A stretch of DNA of 63,323 nucleotides, filler included, from Octopus bimaculoides (taxonomy: Eukaryota), in NCBI RefSeq assembly GCF_001194135.2. It is 9 parts of 9 records of this genome, joined end to end, with 100 filler letters (N's around TTAATTAATTAA, not from the genome) between each part and the next. Parts side by side here need not be neighbours in the genome. Positions count along the whole stretch, not along the records: positions 49,946 to 61,268 come from NC_069008.1; positions 61,369 to 63,323 come from NC_068990.1; 7 more parts are not named here. One strand, written 5' to 3'. A program made the translations under genes and the position numbers. This document shows positions 53,197 through 63,323 of the stretch, in pieces; the stretch's first letter is position 1; every line of letters starts with the position of its first letter. The notes beneath the pieces were generated by a model. That model did no database searches, was not told the DNA's origin, and was given only the letters and a program-made list of their open reading frames with translations.

Positions 53197-53983
53197 CTTT
53201 AGAGGGAAAAATGAGTTTGCATGGGGCCAAATCTATCTAAAAAAAAGAGTGAAGAAGTGTTGATGACGAATCGAAACCAACAAGACCTGGGAGAAGGCCT
53301 TCCCTTGGGGGAAATATATGACACGGTGTAGCAACATTTGGGAGAAAGAGATCCAACCGGAGAGAAGTAGAACAACAACCCAGAGCTGATGGCCTTATTC
53401 TCTATAGGGAGCAAAGGCCTTAAGTGGTAGACAATCTGGATACCTACACTTTTTTTTGACTTCTTGGCACCACAAATCACAATTACTATCTCAAAAAGAG
53501 AAGAGAAAAGGAACACAAGAACAAATGGAGTTTTAGAAATTCTTAAAATGGAGGCAAGATAAGAACAAGAACACCTTGACCTTCATACATCTGTTCAATC
53601 ATGGTTAACCTGGGGGGGGGGGGTTAAACAACAATAAAAAAATTAATCTGCATTTTCAGTTTTACCAGCAGCGTTGACAATTAAGTCATATTGTTCATCC
53701 ACCAATAGGGATTCAGCAGAAATGTTCTAGCCATATTACCTTGCTTGGATACAAATGAGGGTTGATGACGGGAAAGGCATTCAGCTACAGATAATCCATC
53801 TCAACAAATCCCATCTGACCCATGGTAGAGCGTATGTTAAATGTCCCCTAGCTATGGAGAAATATGACCTTGCTTGGAAGCAGGTGAGGTGTGGTGACAG
53901 TAAGGGCATCCAGCCATAAGATAAAATATGCCTGGACAATTTCTGTCCAACCCATGCGAGTATAGAACAGTGGACAGTAAAAC

Positions 53984-54016
<33 letters not shown>

Positions 54017-55399
54017 ACTCCTGTATTTATGGAGTGCTGTATGCTGGCAACCTAAATAATGCAGCTAGAATTTCAGTGACTATATTTCACTTCACTGACA
54101 TGACAACCTAATTACCACTATGCAGTCAGTCAGTCACTTAATGACCAATATAAAAGCACAATTATTTCATATACTGTATCCTTTCCACTCCCCCCACCTC
54201 GCCTTACTTTTCCACAGTTGTACTGTGAGAAATGTAGACAGTAAAGATGAGGGAGGAGGAGTTGTTGTTGTTGCTGGTGGTGGTGGTGGTGGTGGTGGTG
54301 GTGGTAACTATTTCATCAATGGTTTATGTATCCACACATTAAGCGCAGGTGTAACTGTGTGGTTAAGAAATTTGCTAGCCAACCACATGCTCNNNNNNNN
54401 NNNNNNNNNNNNNNNNNNNNNNNNNNNNNNNNNNNNNNNNNNNNNNNNNNNNNNNNNNNNNNNNNNNNNNNNNNNNNNNNNNNNNNNNNNNNNNNNNNNN
54501 NNNNNNNNNNNNNNNNNNNNNNNNNNNNNNNNNNNNNNNNNNNNNNNNNNNNNNNNNNNNNNNNNNNNNNNNNNNNNNNNNNNNNNNNNNNNNNNNNNNN
54601 NNNNNNNNNNNNNNNNNNNNNNNNNNNNNNNNNNNNNNNNNNNNNNNNNNNNNNNNNNNNNNNNNNNNNNNNNNNNNNNNNNNNNNNATATATATATATA
54701 TATAGTGAAGGTGCACGGCTCATGGTTCAGTGGTTAGAGTGTCGGGCTCACAATCATGAGGTCCTGAGTTTGATTCCTGGACCAGGCTGTGAGTTGTGTT
54801 CTTGAGCAAGACACACTATTTCACATTGTTCCAGTTCACTCAGCTGTAGAAATGAGTCGCAATGTCACTGGTGCCAAGCTCTATCGACCTTTGATGAGCA
54901 ACATATGGAGTCACAGAACAGTGATGATGACAAAAAACGCTCCTCAAGTGGACCCGGCTACGAAACAGCTGTCATCCTATGGATATCAACTGTTGAAAGA
55001 AAGATATTCATCTCTCATACTTCCTAACTTTTTATGTTTTATGCACGTGTGTGTGTCTCTGTGTGTGCGTGTGTGTATTACTATCTTCTTGTTTTGACTT
55101 CACGTGATAATTGCCAACGACTGTCACCATCATGCAAATGGTGTCCTTTGTATTCAACCTTTCGTTAAATCATGTCTCGTCAAGGAGAATATTAACTTTC
55201 TTGGAAACCTGCGGAAGTTGGTGACACTGGACATTAAAAATGACAATGACATGTGAAACAAAATAACAAGAAACTAAGGAAATACGCTACAAGAGACCCA
55301 ACCAACCCAGGCAAAAAACAGACAGAAAAATATTCCTGATATAAACACACGTACACACATATTCAAGCTGAATAGAGAATACACTTGCTCAAGTTTAAC

Positions 55400-55473
55400 C
55401 TTTCTGCTCTTCCAAATGTATCCAGAAGAAAGCGAAAAGGTGAAACTTTACACAATGTATGTCTATATTCAGC
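55400..55473 (-). CDS. Candidate internal exon, phase-compatible with 62969-63048
   Basis: Acceptor ATATTTATTCAG|; phase-0 frame AEYRHTLCKVSPFRFLLDTFGRAE; donor AG|GTTAAA. Confidence 0.45.
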
Positions 55474-55710
55474 CTGAATAAATATCTAAGTATGTATTTT
55501 CATTAGTCTACAAATAATATAGGGTTCTCTATTTACTCTGCTGATTGCATCGGAGGAGCACAATGAATTTTATTTATATTTGGGGGTTTGCAAGTGGGAA
55601 AATAAGGGGGAAGTATATGTGTTGTGCAGTTTCCAGTTACTCTGTGTGTGTGTATGTATTTAGATAAATACACATACACACCCACATACACATATACATA
55701 TAGATACGTG

Positions 55711-55793
<83 letters not shown>

Positions 55794-55957
55794 GTGCATA
55801 CATATACACACACCGACACATATACATACAGGTACATGTGTGTGTACACACATATATATAAATATATATTTATACACACATACACATACGTGTTAATGAT
55901 CTTTTTACAAGATTTTTTATATAATGTTTCTCTCCTTCACTCCCATCCTCATTTCTT

Positions 55958-56017
<60 letters not shown>

Positions 56018-58420
56018 ACACACCAACATCTGTTAGTAATTGCAATTATGACAAGCTCTAGAAACACCTAAAATTGTATTGCAATATCATAAAAGTGAAC
56101 CGTTTTATCTTAGTTTTACAAACAAATAAAAGCTTTGTGTTTACAATATGTGCGTGTGTGCACACATATGTGAATGTGTGTGCGTATATGAGAGAGAGAG
56201 AGAGAGAGAGAGAAAGAGTTTGTGTTACACGGTCTGAGAAAGCCAACTCTTAAGTATGTCAAAGAGAAAAAAAAAACCCTTATTTTTAGAGTGAAAAATG
56301 ATGGGGAGAAGGACAAAAAGCCCATGGATATTTCAGCTTCGTAGACAGGGAGGGAGGAGGGGGTAAGAGTAGACCCTGATGCTTGAGGAAGGCAACCAGC
56401 CTCTTCACTGACAACAACAGCAACAACACAGAGACCTCACAACGTTTAGATTCCAAGAGATTTATTTTTAATTACTATTTTACTCTCTGGGACCAGTGTT
56501 TATAATAATCCTCTCTACGTACAGGCACAGGGCCAGGAACTTGGGCAGGAGGGGTCTAGTTGATTACAATGACCCCTACTGCTTAATTGGTATGTATTTC
56601 AACGACAATAAAAGGATGGCAGCAAAGTTGACCTTGGCAGCATTTGAATTCAGAACATAAACGTGAATGGAGTCCTGTTAACCGTTTTGTCCTAGTGTGC
56701 TGAATAACTAATATCATTTACGGGAGTAAAACAGAATTCGAGATGAGGAGACCTCAATGTGGATGCTCCAGGCAAAGCTATAGGTGCAGGTGTGGTAAGA
56801 AGTTAGCTCCCCAAATAGATGGACTTGAGTTCAGCCCAATCCTGTGGCATCTCAAGCAACTGTCTTCTATTGGGTCATCCCGTGTATAATGCGGGGTTTT
56901 TTTCAATTGCATGAACTAAAAGTCGGAGGGGGACGGGATAAACTACCAGCATCGAATTGCTATAAGAACAGGTAGTATCAAGCAGCATCATGCATTTCCG
57001 AGATTCTGTGAGAGCATGTCTGGTCACAGGGAAATATTACCTTACTCAGAAACAGGTGGCAAGAATGGTGGCAGGAAGGCGTCGAGCTGGCAGAAACGTT
57101 AGCATGCCAGGCGAAATGCTTAGTGGTATTTCGCCTGCCATTACGTTCCGAGTTCAAATTCCGCAGAGGTCGACTTTGCCTTTCATCCTTTCGGGGTCGA
57201 TGTAATCGACTTAATCCCTTTGTCTGTCCTTGTTTGTCCCCTTTATGTTTAGCCCCTTGTGGGCAATAAAGAAATAACAAACGTTAGCACGCCGGGCAAA
57301 ATGCTTAGCGGTATTTCGTCTCTTTTACGTTCTGAGTTCAAATTCTGCCGAGGTCGACTTTGCCTTTCATCCTTTCGGGGCCGATAAATTAAGTACCAGT
57401 TACACACTGGGGTCGATGTAATCAACCCTTAATCCCTTTGTCTGTCCTTGTTTGTCCCCTCTATGTTTAGCCCCTTGTGGGTAATAATGAAATAAGGAAT
57501 GGTGGGGGACAGGTGGGTGCAGAAAAATCCACACCCACAAATTCTGTCATAGCCATATACGAACAAAATTTTCATTCTGGGCCACTTTTTCACACAATGT
57601 TCTACTTCATGAAAATTTGGTGCTGTGTTTTATGATATTCACCAGGTAATTAAACAGGTAATTCTGTACAGTGTATATATTTATATTGCCTTTGTATGTA
57701 TATTTTTATTTAACGTCTACAAACCTTTGTTCAATATTTTCTATTTCTAAATATGACTCACTCCTTTTCAAAACTAGTGGTTATATATATTTTGGATTTA
57801 AAAAAAAAAAGAAGAAAAAAACTTGTCAGTTGTCAAATTGTCACACACACACACACACACACACACATAAAGTCAGATCAAATAAACAAACAATAAAATT
57901 AGCAATAACAACAAGGATGTGCACAAGATAAGTATTAGTTTGACACTCAGTAATAAGAGAGTTTTGACGTTTCGAGCACAGCTCCTGATCAGAAAGGGAA
58001 AATTCCAAAGGAAAGGAAATTGCCAACAGCACATGTGTGTATAATTTTGACACTTCGCTATTATTAACTATACACAAACTGAAAAACTATGTAGAGTATG
58101 TGTGCATAGGGGGAGATGTTATCTTTGCGTTTGGGCTTATCTTCCACCACCTCTTGACAACCAGTGTTGATTCATTTCTGTTCCCATATCTTAGTGGTTC
58201 GATACAAGAGACCAATACGATATACACCAAACTTAAAAAGAAAAAAAGAAAGTGACTTAAACAAGTAAAAGACAGAAGATACACACATGTATTAAGAAAT
58301 AAGATACACACACACACATAATGATGGACTTTTGTACACTTTCTATCTCTCAAATAATTCCAATCACAAGGTATTTGTTATCCCAAAATTATAGTGCATA
58401 TGTGTGTGCATGTATGTATA

Positions 58421-58456
<36 letters not shown>

Positions 58457-58892
58457 NNNNNNNNNNNNNNNNNNNNNNNNNNNNNNNNNNNNNNNNNNNN
58501 NNNNNNNNNNNNNNNNNNNNNNNNNNNNNNNNNNNNNNNNNNNNNNNNNNNNNNNNNNNNNNNNNNNNNNNNNNNNNNNNNNNNNNNNNNNNNNNNNNNN
58601 NNNNNNNNNNNNNNNNNNNNNNNNNNNNNNNNNNNNNNNNNNNNNNNNNNNNNNNNNNNNNNNNNNNNNNNNNNNNNNNNNNNNNNNNNNNNNNNNNNNN
58701 NNNNNNNNNNNNNNNNNNNNNNNNNNNNNNNNNNNNNNNNNNNNNNNNNNNNNNNNNNNNNNNNNNNNNNNNNNNNNNNNNNNNNNNNNNNNNNNNNNNN
58801 NNNNNNNNNNNNNNNNNNNNNNNNNNNNNNNNNNNNNNNNNNNNNNNNNNNNNNNNNNNNNNNNNNNNNNNNNNNNNNNNNNNNNNNNNNNN

Positions 58893-58956
<64 letters not shown>

Positions 58957-60450
58957 TATCATTATTGGTCTTGAAACCCAAAACCAGTAGCAGTGAAATA
59001 AAAACAAAAACTGATGCGGGGGACCCCCACCGATTCTCAATTTACTCTTCTGGACCTTCATAGTCATTTGATGTATATAAAAGAAATCCTACTGTCTTTC
59101 TACAATAATTCCCTTTAGCATTCATATCATGCTACCAGATGTAATACTTATTATTCATTCAAATTGTTTTGAATTAATCATGCGTTATCTTGTAGCTTTG
59201 AGATTTCAATGCTGTGATTGCATATCTTTAGAATGAAATTGTAGGATAGGTGTGAGAGGCCTGTTCTGGTTAGTTTAAACATAAAATAGATAGAAAACTT
59301 CGGCCGGATATGCTGGTTTCATTGCTAAATGGTTAAATATTATTAGGAATTCTATAAACAAAATTGTTAAAATATTCTGTGTCTTGTAGAAATATAAGCA
59401 ATTTATTCTTTTACTGATTTCAGTCATTTGACTGTGGCCATGCTGGAGTACCACCTTAAAGGGTTTTAGTCAAAGAAATCAACCTCAGGACTTATTTTTT
59501 TGCCAGACCACTAAGTTACTAGGACATAAACACACCAATATCGGTTGTCAAGCGATAGCGGGGAGACAAACACACACATAAATACATACATATATATTTA
59601 TATATATATATATATGCGTGCGCCAGACTTCATTCAGTTTCTGTCTACCAAATCCACTCACAAGGCTTTGGTCGACTCGAGTCACTTGCCCAAGGCACCA
59701 TGCAGTGGAACTGAACCTGGAACCATGTTGTTGGGAAGCAAGCTGCTTACCACACAGCCACTCCTACACCTTATGGCACATAAATTTCAACAACAAAATC
59801 TCAAATGCACTCCCCACAAGGATCATATGAGAACCACTGGTCTAAGCTATGACCGGGTCGAAGGTTAGAAGTTAAGGATTTCGGATTAGAGTTACACTGC
59901 ACTCTAAAGTGTAAATGGCTAGGGAGATCGCACACTAAAGCTTCTACACTACACAGCCATGCTAGCACAACTCATCAACACATTACAAATAAACAAAAGA
60001 TAGATACTGAAAGAAATCTAAGAGGGATGAGGAAACGAAAGAAAAAAAAAATAATAATAAAATGAGGAAAGAAGTTTCATTGTTCAAATTTGAAACCAAC
60101 CAACTTTGCAATTTTCATTTTATTTTTACCCTCCCCCCCCTTTTTTTCCCCCTCTGGTCTTGTTCTTCTAAAAGGTTACGACAAATTTATAACAATAATT
60201 ATTTTTCACAAAGAAAAAACAGAAAAAGATTCATAAATAAATAAATAACAGAAAAATGAATAATTTTCCCACCTAATTCCACCCTGATCCTACCCCCAAA
60301 CGTGTTATTTTAGATCTATATTCCTAGACATCGGTATTTCAAATAACACTAAGTGCACAGTAGGCAAATATAGAATATTTTGACATTTAGGTTAAAAATT
60401 TATCCCCTTACGTTGTAGTGTGTTCATTAACAATGTTATCTGGTTTCATA

Positions 60451-60489
<39 letters not shown>

Positions 60490-60977
60490 TATTACTACTA
60501 TTATTATTACTACTACTGTTGCTACTATTTGTGGTGTTCTACATAGCTATTGCTGTTTAGTGTTATCTATCTAAGAATGTCTTTGTTACTTGTGATCTCG
60601 TACTTTTCCTCCACATCTTTCAATTGCCCGTGAGCAGGTAGAATCGTTAGAGCGTCCATCAAAATGCATGGTGACATTTCTTCTGGCTTTTCACATTCGC
60701 AGTTCAAATCCCACCAAGACCAACTTAGACGCTTTTCATACTTCTTTCGGAATTAGTAAAATGAAGTACCAACCACAAGCCCTTGGGTCGAATATAATCA
60801 ACAGGCATCCTCACCAAAAAAACTTCAGTCCTTTTGCTCACAGACAAAAGAATTATGGAAGCGATCTCACACAACCATTAGCATACAGGACAAAAATAAA
60901 ATGCTGCACCATGCTCCAATCTGATCTCGGCAAGATTTCTACAGCTTCCTAATGCCAACCACTCCGAGAGTGAGGTG

Positions 60978-61268
60978 GGTGCTTTTCACATGCCACTGGC
61001 ACAGGAGCCAGTCAGGGGGCACTTGTATCGACCATTCAGATGGTGCTTTTTATGTGCCACCAGCATGGGAGCCAGTCTAGTGGTACTGGGATCGACCACG
61101 TTCGAATGGTGCTTTTTACATGTCACTGGCACGGGAGTCAGTCAGGGGGCACTGGTATCGACCACATTCGGATGGTGCTTTTTATGTGCCACCAGCATGG
61201 GAGCCAGTCAGGTGGTACTGGCATCGATCATGTTCAAATGGTGCTTTTTCTGTGCCGCTGGCACTGTT
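60978..61268. repeat. Tandem array of ~66-bp units in ABAB order
   Basis: Four full units plus a partial unit, each starting GGTGCTTTT(T/C). Units 1/3 and 2/4 share diagnostic bases. Related motifs at 52620-52800. Confidence 0.85.
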
Positions 61269-61368
61269 NNNNNNNNNNNNNNNNNNNNNNNNNNNNNNNN
61301 NNNNNNNNNNNNTTAATTAATTAANNNNNNNNNNNNNNNNNNNNNNNNNNNNNNNNNNNNNNNNNNNN

Positions 61369-61427
<59 letters not shown>

Positions 61428-61827
61428 CGTGTGTGTGTATTCACTTAGGTTATGCACTCAAGTATGATAGAAACGTCTATATAGCTATCATAGTGTTTGG
61501 ATGTGGGATCGAGTATGCAGACTGGCTCCGTGGTTATGCAATGAACATTCGTATAGTCCACACCTGTTGACATCGAAGTCCGGATAGCTCGGAGTCAATT
61601 GTGCAGAGCCAAAATTGTTACCACCCTCGATACATCGTGATATCATTTGCGAAGCACAGATGATATAAACATTCACACATAGATACACATTACGGTTATG
61701 CGTGACTGAGAATATGTATGCATATACTTATGTGTGTGTGTATGTGTGCGTGTGTGTACATTTATGTGTGTGTGTGTGTGTATGTAAAGATAAAATCCTT
61801 TTGGAATTTTAAAAGACAGGATACTCT

Positions 61828-61862
<35 letters not shown>

Positions 61863-61903
61863 GTATGTATATATGTATATATATAAATGTATATAAATAT
61901 ATA

Positions 61904-61935
<32 letters not shown>

Positions 61936-61948
61936 CACATTATATATA

Positions 61949-61981
<33 letters not shown>

Positions 61982-62817
61982 NNNNNNNNNNNNNNNNNNN
62001 NNNNNNNNNNNNNNNNNNNNNNNNNNNNNNNNNNNNNNNNNNNNNNNNNNNNNNNNNNNNNNNNNNNNNNNNNNNNNNNNNNNNNNNNNNNNNNNNNNNN
62101 NNNNNNNNNNNNNNNNNNNNNNNNNNNNNNNNNNNNNNNNNNNNNNNNNNNNNNNNNNNNNNNNNNNNNNNNNNNNNNNNNNNNNNNNNNNNNNNNNNNN
62201 NNNNNNNNNNNNNNNNNNNNNNNNNNNNNNNNNNNNNNNNNNNNNNNNNNNNNNNNNNNNNNNNNNNNNNNNNNNNNNNNNNNNNNNNNNNNNNNNNNNN
62301 NNNNNNNNNNNNNNNNNNNNNNNNNNNNNNNNNNNNNNNNNNNNNNNNNNNNNNNNNNNNNNNNNNNNNNNNNNNNNNNNNNNNNNNNNNNNNNNNNNNN
62401 NNNNNNNNNNNNNNNNNNNNNNNNNNNNNNNNNNNNNNNNNNNNNNNNNNNNNNNNNNNNNNNNNNNNNNNNNNNNNNNNNNNNNNNNNNNNNNNNNNNN
62501 NNNNNNNNNNNNNNNNNNNNNNNNNNNNNNNNNNNNNNNNNNNNNNNNNNNNNNNNNNNNNNNNNNNNNNNNNNNNNNNNNNNNNNNNNNNNNNNNNNNN
62601 NNNNNNNNNNNNNNNNNCTCTCTTTCCTTTCCTGAGCGTCCAATAATACTATCCATATCACGTCCTCACTTTGTTGTTTTTTTGTTTTTTTGTTATTGTG
62701 TTTTTGAACTATATATATATATATATATATATATTGCATACATGTATGCTTTGTTAGTGTACATATACATATAAGTATAAACTTATATATGATGTATATA
62801 CGTATAGGATATCTGCA

Positions 62818-62849
<32 letters not shown>

Positions 62850-62968
62850 ATATCATATATACATAAATGAAACAAAAAAAAAATGACCTAAGGGAAATAA
62901 CTCAGAGTGGCCAGTGGCATGTATGCGAACAACAAAGACGAATAGGATATATTGAAGGACATACATAC

Positions 62969-63048
62969 AAGATAAATTCCTGGTTTACTGAAACTACCTC
63001 CGATTCCTGAGAGGGTAGACAATTGTACTATCTGACAATTGGCACCAT
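62969..63048 (-). CDS. Candidate internal exon of an unidentified minus-strand gene
   Basis: Strong acceptor TTATCTTTCTGTCTCATTTGCAG| and donor |GTATGT; 80 nt. Only one frame is open (phase 1 to 0): GANCQIVQLSTLSGIGGSFSKPGIYL. Confidence 0.55.
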
Positions 63049-63290
63049 CTGCAAATGAGACAGAAAGATAAGCTCAAAAATCAAAATTTGATATGTCATT
63101 AAAACAGTAAAACAAAGGACGGCTACGGATACATGTTTCTCTCTCAATAGCTGTCATCATTACAGCAATTGTAACTTTGGAGAGATAATTAGGACCACAT
63201 AAAGGAAAAAGGAGCAGAACTAATTAGCATAAATGAAATGAAAACAAATACAAAACAAATCAGAGTGGGCTATATGTGTGTGTGTGTGTA

Positions 63291-63323
<33 letters not shown>

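Noticed and set aside
53200-53560. Possible L1/Tx1 C-terminal fragment (+) or 105-aa ORF (-)
   Set aside because: No clear CCHC or RT motif on either strand; cannot be supported.
60978-61268. CRISPR-like regular repeat
   Set aside because: Whole units are homologous with no unique spacers, the context is eukaryotic, and there are no cas genes.
61490-61660. LCFANDI motif resembling the RT 'FADD' box
   Set aside because: Single short motif with no flanking RT similarity.

Overview
AT-rich, gapped animal genomic scaffold dominated by microsatellites, tRNA-derived SINEs and decayed transposons. The repeat families and style point to an octopod cephalopod draft assembly such as Octopus (inference, not verified by search). 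It is not prokaryotic: I found no operon, CRISPR array or rRNA, and most entries in the ORF track are microsatellite or N-gap artefacts. The only recognisable host gene is the 3' end of an SLC23/NAT (ascorbate/nucleobase transporter) gene on the + strand, with exons at ~19593 and 20586-20848. There are also two tentative, unidentified exon chains (+ strand 39.6-48.4 kb; - strand 52-63 kb). Mobile content includes a hAT transposase remnant, a mariner, a Penelope GIY-YIG remnant, an RTE 3' end with three C2H2 fingers, a CR1-group RT fragment, three stacked R4/Dong-type elements, Helentron-type HINEs, several MITE/foldback elements and four SINE families. The most curious items are a perfect 90-bp-arm palindrome, several minimal hammerhead-like motifs, the triple-zinc-finger RTE tail and an ABAB 66-bp array. 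I found no convincing novel multi-gene system. All calls were made by eye; no database searches were run.
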